This document shows positions 19,235 to 28,246 of a stretch of 64,000 nucleotides of DNA, piece by piece. Within the stretch, counting starts at the first letter, position 1, and every line of letters starts with the position of its first letter. The notes beneath the pieces are model-generated. The model saw only the letters and a program-made list of their open reading frames with translations, was not told the DNA's origin and searched no databases. Made by a program: the position numbers and the translations under genes. Origin of the DNA: Candidatus Eiseniibacteriota bacterium (GTDB lineage Bacteria; Eisenbacteria; RBG-16-71-46; CAZAMP01); NCBI GenBank assembly GCA_965224245.1, contig OZ245046.1, forward strand, positions 736,001 to 800,000. The letters run 5' to 3'.

Positions 19235-19248
19235 CCATCCGGGTGACC
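19225..19248 (+). repeat. 12-bp tandem duplication ATCCGGGTGACC x2 spanning the MscS stop codon
   Basis: Exact direct repeat, 19225-19236 and 19237-19248. Confidence 0.8.
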
Positions 19249-19258
19249 GCCCAGTATC

Positions 19259-19286
19259 GAACTTCCAGCGTGCGACTGTCCTCTGA
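19259..19286 (+). promoter_or_regulatory. Candidate sigmaE/ECF-type promoter GAACTT-N17-TCTGA
   Basis: Matches the classical RpoE -35/-10 consensus, about 110 bp upstream of the M23 peptidase start. Confidence 0.5.
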
Positions 19287-19395
19287 TTCGGCGTTCTTAC
19301 GTTGTACGATTCCGATCGTGCGATTGGGGGGCGACTCCGCGGCATCTCGAAATCGAGATGTTGCGGATGCCACGCGCAACCTTGGAGGTCTCCGC

Positions 19396-22047
19396 ATGAG
19401 AAGAGCGTTCCTCTGCCTGCTCTCGATGTCGTTCGCCGGCCTGGCCACGGCCGCCGACTTCCGTCTGGCAGACGAGTCCGAGCCCTACCAGCTCCAACAG
19501 GATCGGCCCTGCCTCTCGGAGACAGATCGCGCGGCGATCAAGGAGCGTCTTCGCGCTCAACGCGAGCGGCTTCGGGAAGCCGGCATCATCGGTCCGGTGG
19601 ATCGCAGCGCCGTCGTTCTGTACCAGTGGCCGCTGGCACCGCGGCCGGGCTTCCCGGACTTCGGCTACCACGGCATCTCCAACTTCGTCGATCAGGATCC
19701 CGACTTTCCCGATGAGCTGCTCGACTACAACTGCGGTGATCGGACGTACGACCTCGAGGGGGGGTACAACCACCAGGGGGTCGACATGTTCACGACGCCG
19801 TTCTCGTGGCTGAAGATGGACAACGGCGACGTCCGGATCGTGGCCGCGGCCGACGGCGTGATCCTCGACAAGTTCGACGGTAACGACGATCGAAGCTGCG
19901 ACTTCGGCGGCTCCTGGAACGCCGTCTACGTCGAGCACGCGGACGGCTCGGTGGCCTGGTACGGCCACATGAAGAACGGCTCCACCACGTACAAGGAGAT
20001 CGGGGAGAGCGTCAGCGCCGGCGAATACCTCGGCGTGGTGGGCAGTTCCGGCAGCTCGACCGGTCCTCATCTGCACCTGGAGTCGTACGACGCGGACGGC
20101 AACCTGATCGAGCCCTACGCCGGACCGTGCAACATGATGAACGACGACTCGTGGTGGGCCAGCCAGCGTCCCTACTACGACAGCGCGATCAACGCGCTGC
20201 TCACGCACTCGATGGCTCCGGACTACCCGCCGTGTCCGGATCAGGAGACTCCGAACACGAGCGATGCGTTCATGCCTGGACAGGCGATCCGGTTCTCGGC
20301 GTACTACCGGGACCAGCTCGACCCGCAGGTCACGACGTACACCGTGCTCAAGCCCGACGATTCCGTGCAGTGGACGTGGATGCACGACAGCGACGCGGAT
20401 CACTACTCCGCCGTGTCGTGGTCCTGGAACGACGTGCTCCCCGGCGACGCGCCGACCGGCACCTGGACGTTCCGCGCCGAGTACGAGGGACAGACGTACA
20501 ACCATCCCTTCCGCGTATGTGACGATCCGGGCGGAGACCCCACCGTCGACTGTCCGTCTCCGATCACCGTCGAGTGCGTGATGCACGGCGGGGCGCCCGA
20601 CGAGCTGCCCGCGATCGATGCGTTCCTGAACGGGGCCACCGGCAGCGGTCCGTGCGACCAGACGCTGAGCTTCACCAACGACGGTCCCGCGTTCTTCCCG
20701 CTGGGGACGACCACGGTCACGTTCACGGGCACCGACGACTTCGGCCAGGAGACCTCGTGCTCCTCGACGGTCACGGTGGAGGACACGACGGATCCCGTCA
20801 TCACGTGTCCGTCCGACATCACCGTGGAGTGCACCCAGCACGGCGGGACCCCGGACGACGATCCGGCCATCGCCGCGTTCCTGGCCGGTGCATCGGCGAC
20901 CGACATCTGTGACCCGAACCCGGCCATCACGCACGACGGCCCGCCGGTGTTCCCGCTCGGAACGACGGTCGTCACGTTCACGGCCACCGACGCGTCCGGG
21001 AACGACGCGACGTGCACGGCGTCGGTCACGGTCGAGGACACGACGCCGCCGACGATCGACGTCACGCTCAGTCAGACGATGCTCTGGCCGCCGAACCACA
21101 AGATGGTCGACATCACGGCCATCGTGGAGGTCGAGGACATCTGCGACCCGAACCCGACCTTCGAGCTCGTGTCGATCGAGAGCAACGAGCCCGACAACGG
21201 GCTCGGCGACGGCGACTTCCCGGATGACATCCAGGGCGACGACCTCGGCACCGACGACGTCGAGTTCCAGCTGCGCGCCGAGCGTGCCGGTCCGGGCGAC
21301 GGTCGGATCTACACGATCAACTACCTGGCCAGCGACATGTCCGGCAACACGACGCCCGCCACCGTCGAGGTCGAGGTGCCGCACGATCAGTCCGGGGCCG
21401 CGATGGCCGGCCGCGGGTTCACGCCCGACGGTACCGACTTCGAGGGGGCGAAGTACACGCTGGTGATCCCGGGGAGCGCCGAGCTGGACGTGACCCGGAT
21501 CGACGTGTCACGGGTCCACGTGATCAACGACATGGGCGCGGTGCTGCCCCTCGAACATCGCATGCTGGACTTCGACGGCGACGGCAACGACGACCTCGAG
21601 GTGTCGTTCGACGCCGCGGCCACGCTGGTGTTCGCGCGGGATCCCGAGGCGCTGCAGCCCGCGTCGATCCTGTACCCGCACGATTCGGGCGTCGTGTTCA
21701 GCGCCATCGACATCTTCGCCCTCGCGCCCGTCGTGGCGGTGGACGAGATGGTCGACACGCCGGTGGTCGCGCTGATGCGTCCGATTCCGAACCCGTTCAA
21801 CGACCGGACGCGCGTCGCGTACGAGGTGCCCGAGGGGCCCTCGGTCTCGGTCGAGATCGCGGTCTACGACGTCGGGGGACGCCGGGTCCGAGAGCTCGTG
21901 AACGCGATCCAGGCTCCGGGCGTGTATGACGTCACCTGGGACCGTCGTGCGGACGGCGGCCAGAGCGTCTCGCCGGGGATCTACTACCTGAAGCAGTCGA
22001 CCAGGCACGGCCTGCGAAACGTCGCGCGGCTGATCGTCATCGAGTAG
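19396..22047 (+). CDS. Secreted M23 metallopeptidase with tandem HYR/Ig-like domains and T9SS/FlgD-type C-terminal domain
   Basis: Signal peptide; NHQGVD and STGPHLHLE M23 motifs; two ~85-aa repeats (CP..ITVEC..HGG.PD...FPLGTT.VTFT.TD...TVTVEDTT); PIPNPFND C-terminal domain; GGAGGT RBS. Confidence 0.85.
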   Translation: MRRAFLCLLSMSFAGLATAADFRLADESEPYQLQQDRPCLSETDRAAIKERLRAQRERLREAGIIGPVDRSAVVLYQWPLAPRPGFPDFGYHGISNFVDQDPDFPDELLDYNCGDRTYDLEGGYNHQGVDMFTTPFSWLKMDNGDVRIVAAADGVILDKFDGNDDRSCDFGGSWNAVYVEHADGSVAWYGHMKNGSTTYKEIGESVSAGEYLGVVGSSGSSTGPHLHLESYDADGNLIEPYAGPCNMMNDDSWWASQRPYYDSAINALLTHSMAPDYPPCPDQETPNTSDAFMPGQAIRFSAYYRDQLDPQVTTYTVLKPDDSVQWTWMHDSDADHYSAVSWSWNDVLPGDAPTGTWTFRAEYEGQTYNHPFRVCDDPGGDPTVDCPSPITVECVMHGGAPDELPAIDAFLNGATGSGPCDQTLSFTNDGPAFFPLGTTTVTFTGTDDFGQETSCSSTVTVEDTTDPVITCPSDITVECTQHGGTPDDDPAIAAFLAGASATDICDPNPAITHDGPPVFPLGTTVVTFTATDASGNDATCTASVTVEDTTPPTIDVTLSQTMLWPPNHKMVDITAIVEVEDICDPNPTFELVSIESNEPDNGLGDGDFPDDIQGDDLGTDDVEFQLRAERAGPGDGRIYTINYLASDMSGNTTPATVEVEVPHDQSGAAMAGRGFTPDGTDFEGAKYTLVIPGSAELDVTRIDVSRVHVINDMGAVLPLEHRMLDFDGDGNDDLEVSFDAAATLVFARDPEALQPASILYPHDSGVVFSAIDIFALAPVVAVDEMVDTPVVALMRPIPNPFNDRTRVAYEVPEGPSVSVEIAVYDVGGRRVRELVNAIQAPGVYDVTWDRRADGGQSVSPGIYYLKQSTRHGLRNVARLIVIE

Positions 22048-22066
22048 GCGCCGGCGTCATCGTCGA

Positions 22067-22099
22067 GGCTCGGGAGCTCACGAGGTGGGCTCCCGAGCC
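22067..22099. terminator. GC-rich stem-loop after the M23 gene (no U-tract)
   Basis: GGCTCGGGAGC-TCAC-GAG-GTGG-GCTCCCGAGCC. Confidence 0.45.
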
Positions 22100-22283
22100 G
22101 ATTCCTCGACCGCTCCGTCATCTCGCGGCCTCGTCGCCGACAGGAGGAGCCACCGGCTCGCCCCGGCACGTGTCCTCGTTCCTCGCCCGCGATGCGTTCG
22201 GACCCCGTCTGTGGCAGAATGCGCCTCCGATGGGTCCAGCCTGGACCCACCCGGCCCCGTCCACGAGACGATGGGAGGAGTCC

Positions 22284-22808
22284 GTGAGTTCGTTTCCCGA
22301 TCGAATGGTCCGCGCGGCGAAGCTCGACGTGTCGCTCTACGAGGAGGTCGAGGCCGACGACGGAGCGACGCTGCAGGCGCTCCTGGTCGTCGTGCTCGCG
22401 AACGTGGCCACCGCCATCGGCACCTGGGGGATGTCCACCGGCGGCAATCCGCTCCAGGCCCTGGTCGGAGCACTCGTCGGGTGGGCGCTGTTCGCCGCGT
22501 CGATCTACCTGGTCGGAGCGAAGCTCATGGCGAGCGAGACGACGGACGCGAGCGTTCCCCAGCTGCTCCGCACGATCGGCTTCGCGGCGTCCCCGGCGCT
22601 TCTGAACGTCGTGGGCATCGTGCCGCTGCTGGGCATCATCGTCGTGCCGATCACGTGCGTGTGGGTGCTGGCGGCCACGGTCATCGCGGTGCGCCAGGCA
22701 CTCGACTACACGAGCACCGCTCGCGCGATCGCGGTGTGCATCCTCGGCGTCGTCGTGTTCGCGATCGGGCGTATGCTGGTGAGCGTGCTGACCGCGGGCC
22801 TCGTCTAG
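22284..22808 (+). CDS. Yip1-family membrane protein
   Basis: RMVRAAKLDVSLYEEVEAD..ATLQAL, LLRTIGFAASP, IAVRQALDY; GGAGGAG RBS before GTG. Confidence 0.75.
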   Translation: MSSFPDRMVRAAKLDVSLYEEVEADDGATLQALLVVVLANVATAIGTWGMSTGGNPLQALVGALVGWALFAASIYLVGAKLMASETTDASVPQLLRTIGFAASPALLNVVGIVPLLGIIVVPITCVWVLAATVIAVRQALDYTSTARAIAVCILGVVVFAIGRMLVSVLTAGLV

Positions 22809-22847
22809 GCACCCGGCCCGCCGGCATCGCACCGGGCCGCGGCCGGG

Positions 22848-23261
22848 TCAGTGGGGCAGCCGGGGCCGCGCCGCGGCGTAGGCGAGCATGCCGATCAGCG
22901 CCCCACCCAGCGTGGCCAGCGCCGGCCACTCGCCGCTTCCGATCTGGGCGTAGATGGGGCCCGGACACGCCCCGGTGATCGCCCAGCCCATCCCGAACAG
23001 CGCGCCGCCCACGATCACCCCCGTGTGGTAGCGCTTGGGCTCGTACACGATGCGACGACCGTCGAGATCGCGGACGCCGATGCGACGGATCAGGGCCATC
23101 GCGATCACGCCCACCCCCAGCGCCGAGCCCAGGACCAGGTACATGTACGGCTCCTCGAAGCGAAACATCCGCTGGATCCGGAACCAGGACGCCACCTCGG
23201 ACTTGACCAGGACGATGCCGAACGCGAGTCCGACCAGGAAGATCCGCGCCTTGGAGGTCAT
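22848..23261 (-). CDS. YeeE/YedE-family sulfur-compound transporter subunit
   Basis: GGALFGMGWAITGACPGP motif; ATGA overlap with partner gene. Confidence 0.85.
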   Translation of the reverse strand: MTSKARIFLVGLAFGIVLVKSEVASWFRIQRMFRFEEPYMYLVLGSALGVGVIAMALIRRIGVRDLDGRRIVYEPKRYHTGVIVGGALFGMGWAITGACPGPIYAQIGSGEWPALATLGGALIGMLAYAAARPRLPH

Positions 23262-23743
23262 GGCCGCCCCCCGCCCCCGAGGATTGCCGTCATCAGGAGG
23301 CCGCCGGCGAAGAAGAACACGGTCGCGAGGAGGCTCGGCCAGTTGAGGTTCGAGATGCCCGTGAGCGTGTGACCGGACGTGCATCCATCAGCGTAGCGGG
23401 TGCCGAACCCCACCAGCACGCCCCCGATCGCGAGTCGGGCCAGACCGCTCGGCGACCCGAACTCCTCGGGGAGCAAGCGCGCCGGCGCGCCGTGCGAGAG
23501 CCCCGCGGCGACGGCGGCCCCGACCAGGATGCCGGCCACGAACACGAGATTCCAGACGTCGCCGCGCCAGTCGTTGTCGCGGAGGTAGGCGAGCCTGGAC
23601 TTGGGGAGGCAAGCCGAGCCGATGTGCTGGAGGCTCGTCGAGATGCCGAAGGCCTTGCCGCCCAGGATGTACAGCGCGGGCACGGTGAGGCCGATCAGGG
23701 GGCCGGAGACGTACCACGGCCACGAGTCTTGGAGCCAGTTCAC
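23258..23743 (-). CDS. YeeE/YedE-family sulfur-compound transporter subunit
   Basis: WPWYVSGPLIG, GKAFGISTS, GVLVGFGTRYADGCTSGH. Confidence 0.88.
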   Translation of the reverse strand: MNWLQDSWPWYVSGPLIGLTVPALYILGGKAFGISTSLQHIGSACLPKSRLAYLRDNDWRGDVWNLVFVAGILVGAAVAAGLSHGAPARLLPEEFGSPSGLARLAIGGVLVGFGTRYADGCTSGHTLTGISNLNWPSLLATVFFFAGGLLMTAILGGGGRP

Positions 23744-23792
23744 GCGTCACTCCGTCGATGGGGTCTTCGCCGCGGACCGGCCGCGGGGCACG

Positions 23793-23821
23793 AAAAACCC
23801 CGGGGCCGTCCGGCCCCGGGG
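23793..23821 (-). terminator. Rho-independent terminator downstream of the GAPDH-like gene
   Basis: CCCCGGGGCCG/CGGCCCCGGGG stem followed by TTTTT on the minus strand. Confidence 0.75.
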
Positions 23822-23869
23822 CGGCAGTTCTCCCAGGAAGCTTCGGCGCCGGCGGCATGAGCCGTGGAG

Positions 23870-24940
23870 TCAAATCTCCTGAAAGAAATACTCGCGAAGC
23901 GTCCGGATGCGCTCGTCGTACACCGACGGGTTCACGAACCACTGCATGATCGACACCGAGCTCAGGATCGAGTTGCCGTCCTGCGGGGTGAAGCAGAACC
24001 CGACGACGTCCTTGCCGTTGACGGCGAGCGTGGGCATCGACACCACGGTCTGGTTGTAGATGCGGCCGTACAGGCCGTGATCGCGTCCGAACGAGAAGAC
24101 GGTGTTCGCCGAGCTGCGGTCGGTGATGGCGATTCTCGGATTCTCGCGCAGGCGCTCGACGACCGCGTCGCGCGAGACGGGCTTCTTCAGACGCAGATGG
24201 AACTGGATCGTGTGCATGTACTGCGAGTTCAGCTTCACGGCCGACGAGTACAGGTTGAGGTCGTGGCCGAGCGTCTGGAACAGGTGCCACGCGTCGCGGG
24301 CGTGGTGGGTGCCGAACCGCTCGTCGTCGTGCTTGCCGACCGCCGGGGACGGTACGAACGACGAGTCCTGGCTGATGTCGTTGGCCCGCCGCATGCAGAC
24401 GAAGCGGCCTTCCTCGAGGTTGGAGTCGTCGCCGTTGAACGCGATGGACTTGATCAGGACCGCGAGATTGTGCGTGTTGCACGAGACCACGTGGATGTAC
24501 TTGTCCTCGTCGCGGTTCAGCGCCTGGTCGTTGATGCCGCGCGCGTACATCTTGCCGAAGCCGAACTCCGAGCCCTGGGCGACGAACCCGAGCGTGTTGT
24601 CCTCGTACTTCGTGAAGACCTCTTCCTTGTGCTTGAGGCCCCCTCCGGTCGACGTGCAGTCGATGACGACCGTGGCCTGGCCGAGCGCCTCGTCGAGCGT
24701 CATGGCGACGGGCTGATCGCACGCCGCGAAGGCATCGATCGCATCCCCCTCGGCCGCCAGCTTGCCGCCCTTCGAGATGAGCTGCCGAACCTTGGACGTG
24801 TCTTTGCGGCCCGCCGTCCGCTTCGAGAACGTCACCTGATCGATGTAGAGCTCATCCTTCTTTTGCAGGAGCAGTGCGATGAGTGGCTCCCCGATCGTAC
24901 CCGTGCCAACGACGTGCACGGACACCGGACTACCAGGCAT
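23870..24940 (-). CDS. Class II (archaeal-type) glyceraldehyde-3-phosphate dehydrogenase-like protein
   Basis: VHVVGTGTIG Rossmann motif, VIDCT, AQGSE, VVSCNTH, RRAND, THHARD, QYMH; AAGGAG RBS before ATG 24940. Confidence 0.75.
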   Translation of the reverse strand: MPGSPVSVHVVGTGTIGEPLIALLLQKKDELYIDQVTFSKRTAGRKDTSKVRQLISKGGKLAAEGDAIDAFAACDQPVAMTLDEALGQATVVIDCTSTGGGLKHKEEVFTKYEDNTLGFVAQGSEFGFGKMYARGINDQALNRDEDKYIHVVSCNTHNLAVLIKSIAFNGDDSNLEEGRFVCMRRANDISQDSSFVPSPAVGKHDDERFGTHHARDAWHLFQTLGHDLNLYSSAVKLNSQYMHTIQFHLRLKKPVSRDAVVERLRENPRIAITDRSSANTVFSFGRDHGLYGRIYNQTVVSMPTLAVNGKDVVGFCFTPQDGNSILSSVSIMQWFVNPSVYDERIRTLREYFFQEI

Positions 24941-25169
24941 TGGGGACGTCTCCTTGTGGAAGAGCGTGGAGCGCCCGCCCCTCGGACGCGAGTGACACTC
25001 CCGCGTGAGGCGCGAGCACGTAACAGTATCGGAGCCCCCGGCATCAGGCAAGAGGGAGAATCCGACATGACAACCCGGCTGAGGTCGACGCTCTCGTGGA
25101 TTGAAACAAAAGGACTTGGGTCGACTCATGTTCGCCTGGTCGCGATCACCCGGGGAGGGTCGTGGCCGG

Positions 25170-25197
25170 TTGACTGGGAGGGACGCGGCGTTATCCT
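25170..25197 (+). promoter_or_regulatory. Candidate sigma70 promoter TTGACT-N16-TATCCT
   Basis: Near-consensus hexamers 90 bp upstream of the MBL hydrolase start. Confidence 0.4.
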
Positions 25198-25286
25198 CTG
25201 GGCGGTCTGACCCGGGTCCGGGCGGGCTCGATCACGACCGTCCAGCGCGCACGATCCGCCCATCGGCACGTGACGGGAGGGGAGAC

Positions 25287-25961
25287 ATGCCACGTCTCAC
25301 GTTCCTGGGCCACTCGGCCTTTCTGATCGAGGGCGGCGGTAGCCGCATCCTCGTGGACCCGTTTCTGACGGGCAATCCGAAGGCCTCGACGTCACCGGGC
25401 GACGTCGAGTGCGACTACATCATCTTGACGCACGCGCACGGCGACCACGTCGGCGACACGGCCGACATCGCCAGGCGGACCGGCGCGCCGATCATCTCCA
25501 ACTACGAGATCGTCACCTACTTCGAGGGCAAGGGCCTCAGCGGCCATCCGATGAACACCGGCGGGTCCTGGACGTTTCCGTTCGGTCGGGTCAAGTTCAC
25601 GATCGCCCATCACAGCTCGACGTTTCCGGACGGCACGAACGGCGGCAACCCGTCGGGCATCATCCTGTGGCTGGACGGCAAGGCGATCCACCACGCCGGG
25701 GACACCGCGCTGACGCACAACATGTCGTTCGTCGGAGAGGAGGGGATCGACCTGGCGATGCTGCCGATCGGAGACAACTTCACGATGGGGATCTCGGACG
25801 CGGTGCGGGCGCTCGACTTCATCAAGCCGAAGAAGGTGATCCCCATCCACTTCGACACGTTCCCGTTCGTCGAGGTGGACGTCCAGGATTTCCGGAACCG
25901 GAGCGAGGCCAAGGGCGTGGAATGCGTGGTGCTGGAGCCGGGACAGACGCACGAGGTCTGA
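25287..25961 (+). CDS. Metallo-beta-lactamase-fold metal-dependent hydrolase (UPF0173-like)
   Basis: LTFLGHSAF, LVDPFLTGNP, THAHGDHVGD, HHAGDT, LPIGDNFTMG, PIHFDTFP. Confidence 0.9.
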   Translation: MPRLTFLGHSAFLIEGGGSRILVDPFLTGNPKASTSPGDVECDYIILTHAHGDHVGDTADIARRTGAPIISNYEIVTYFEGKGLSGHPMNTGGSWTFPFGRVKFTIAHHSSTFPDGTNGGNPSGIILWLDGKAIHHAGDTALTHNMSFVGEEGIDLAMLPIGDNFTMGISDAVRALDFIKPKKVIPIHFDTFPFVEVDVQDFRNRSEAKGVECVVLEPGQTHEV

Positions 25962-25992
25962 GGGTGACGGCGGAGGAGGCGGAAACCGGCCG

Positions 25993-26445
25993 TTACGACC
26001 CGGGCTCCTCTCGGCCCGTCGGGTCGGCGTCCGGACGCCGCTCTCCGAGCGGCGTGCCCATGCGCTCGGTCACCCAGCTCGGAAATCGATGGGGCTTGAA
26101 TTCGGCGTCCACGGAGACCAGCTTCGTCCAGCCCGTGGCCAGGAGCGTCCGATCGCGGCGGACCTCGTATGCGAACGTCACCCGGCGCGACTCCAGCTTG
26201 GCCAGCCAGGTGTCGACGAGGAGGTCGTCGCCGTAGCGCGCGGGAGCGATCAGCCGATAGTACGTCTCCGACACGGGCAGCACGACGCCGCGCCGCTCGA
26301 TTTCGTGATAGGGAAGTCCCCGCCGGGCCATGTAGCCTGTCCTGGCAACCTCGAACCACACGGGGTACACGCCGTAGTAGGCGATGCCCATCTGATCGGT
26401 CTCGGCATATCGGACGGAAATCGGAATGGACTCGATCGCGGCCAC
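25993..26445 (-). CDS. Acyl-CoA thioesterase (YbgC/4HBT hot-dog family)
   Basis: VRYAETDQMGIAYYGVYPVWFEVART; PARYGD; GAGGAG RBS before GTG 26445. Confidence 0.88.
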   Translation of the reverse strand: MAAIESIPISVRYAETDQMGIAYYGVYPVWFEVARTGYMARRGLPYHEIERRGVVLPVSETYYRLIAPARYGDDLLVDTWLAKLESRRVTFAYEVRRDRTLLATGWTKLVSVDAEFKPHRFPSWVTERMGTPLGERRPDADPTGREEPGS

Positions 26446-26593
26446 GGTTTCTCCTCGGCGACGCGCGCTCGACGCGACGTCACCGCGTGCACGCGGCTCG
26501 TCGGCGTCCGAGCGACGTCGTTCGCCGGGCGAGGGTAACAGATCGCGGCCGCGCCTCGCGCGTGCCGTTCTCGCTACCGCCGCCCGGCGACGC

Positions 26594-28246
26594 GTGCCCC
26601 TGCGGGCGACGACGGTCCTGACAGCGCTCGCTTCGCTCGTCGCGGTGGCCGAGGAGGCGCCGCCGTCGGCCCCCGGCACGCCGCCGGCCGACATCGAGGC
26701 GGTACCGGCGGCGGCCCCCGCCGACACGACGACGACCGCCGTTCCCGACTCGACCGTCCCCGGCTCGACCGTCCCGGTCCCGAGCCTTCCGGGTCCGGCC
26801 GGTCCCGGGTCGAGCGATCCCGCTGCCGCCGGTGCCGACTCCGCCCGCACCCCTCCGGGTGTCGACGACGCCGTTGTGCCGGCCGACATCCCCGCGATCG
26901 ATGCTCGAGCGGAGTTTCTCCGGCTCCGTCGCCTGACGATCCCGGTGGGCGGCGACAGCGAGCGGCTCTGGACGCTCACGCCCGAGGGCGCGTTCGTGGT
27001 GGACGGTCGCACGGCCACCCGGACGCTGACCGCGTCGAGCTGGCAGGGTGATCTGGCGACGTTCGCGACCACGACGCGCGGGTATCTGCTGGCCACGTCC
27101 GAGGGCGTCTGGGAGATGCGCCTCAACGACGGCGACGTGCGGTTCCTGCCCGAGCTGGAGCCCGAGGGCGTGTATCGCTTCCACCAGGACGCGGCCTTCA
27201 CGGCGTCGCGGGTGTATCGCCTGGACCGGCCCTGGGAGCGATACCCGTACGAGGGCTTCACGTTCGACCAGCTGAACGACGTGCTGCAGATCGCCGACAC
27301 GCTGCTCGTCGCCACGACCAAGGGACTCAAGCGCCTTCTGTGGGATCGGCGCGCCTGGGACGACGCGCCGATCGGTCGCGAAGCCGAGACTGCGCACCTC
27401 GTGCGCTTCTTGCCGCCGTCCACGCACAACCAGATCCTGAGCCCCGACAGCTCGATGATTGCGACGCCGCCGCTGGTGGTGGGCCGACGCGAGCTGCTGT
27501 TCGAGCAGCCGGGGGCGCGCGACTGGCTCCCGGTCGAGGGCCTCGCGTTCCGGCCGGTCAGTCGTGCGGACGCGGACAGCACGTACCGGCAGATCGATCG
27601 CCTCCTGTTTCAGGACGACGCGAAGGGTCGCGAGGCCGACGTGTGGCGGCGCTGGCTCGTGATGCCGACCGGCGTGTGCCGGCTCGAGCTGCCCGCCGGC
27701 GGGACGCCGTTCGTGACGATGAAGTTCCCGCTCACCGGGGACGTCCGGGCCACCTGGGAGCAAGACGAGACGTTCGCCTGGGTGGCCACCACGAGGGATC
27801 TGTTCTGTGTGGATCGAGAGTTCGAGCAGGTCTACCGCTTCTTCGAGGAGAACTACTTCGTGTGGGGCTTCCTCGGCGAGCCGCGACGGTTCTCGCAGGA
27901 AGTCACCGACGAGCGCGGCTGGTACTGTCTGGCGTCGGACGGCGTGATCGAGGTGTTCACCGATTCGTGGACCTGGGAGTCCTACGGACCGGGCGGCGTA
28001 CGGGTCGACGACGTGCTCGCGACCGCGGCCGACGAGGACGGGTTCTGGATCGGCACCACGCACGGCCTCCGGTGGTTCGACGCGCTGGGCCGCGCGTGGA
28101 GGCCGCGCGACCTGCCCGGGCCGCTGGCCGAGGGCGCCGTGCTGAAGCTCGAGTGGCAGGGGAACGACCTCTTCGCGGTGACCGACGACCGGGTGTACGT
28201 CTCCACGTTCCGGTCGCGGCAGTGGACCGAGGTCGGTCGGCTGTGA
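26594..28246 (+). CDS. Hypothetical exported protein with Pro/Ala/Thr linker and probable beta-propeller (start uncertain)
   Basis: Hydrophobic N-terminus, low-complexity linker, repeated blade-like motifs LLATSEGV, LLVATTKGL, WIGTTHGL; GTGA overlap with ggt. Confidence 0.55.
   Translation: MPLRATTVLTALASLVAVAEEAPPSAPGTPPADIEAVPAAAPADTTTTAVPDSTVPGSTVPVPSLPGPAGPGSSDPAAAGADSARTPPGVDDAVVPADIPAIDARAEFLRLRRLTIPVGGDSERLWTLTPEGAFVVDGRTATRTLTASSWQGDLATFATTTRGYLLATSEGVWEMRLNDGDVRFLPELEPEGVYRFHQDAAFTASRVYRLDRPWERYPYEGFTFDQLNDVLQIADTLLVATTKGLKRLLWDRRAWDDAPIGREAETAHLVRFLPPSTHNQILSPDSSMIATPPLVVGRRELLFEQPGARDWLPVEGLAFRPVSRADADSTYRQIDRLLFQDDAKGREADVWRRWLVMPTGVCRLELPAGGTPFVTMKFPLTGDVRATWEQDETFAWVATTRDLFCVDREFEQVYRFFEENYFVWGFLGEPRRFSQEVTDERGWYCLASDGVIEVFTDSWTWESYGPGGVRVDDVLATAADEDGFWIGTTHGLRWFDALGRAWRPRDLPGPLAEGAVLKLEWQGNDLFAVTDDRVYVSTFRSRQWTEVGRL

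Noticed and set aside
19225-19248. 12-bp tandem repeat as IS target-site duplication or CRISPR remnant
   Set aside because: Two adjacent copies only, no spacer, transposase or cas gene; more likely slippage
14600-21060. Repetitive DNA in the LVIVD and HYR regions as a repeat array
   Set aside because: Degenerate in-frame protein-domain repeats, not a nucleotide-level array
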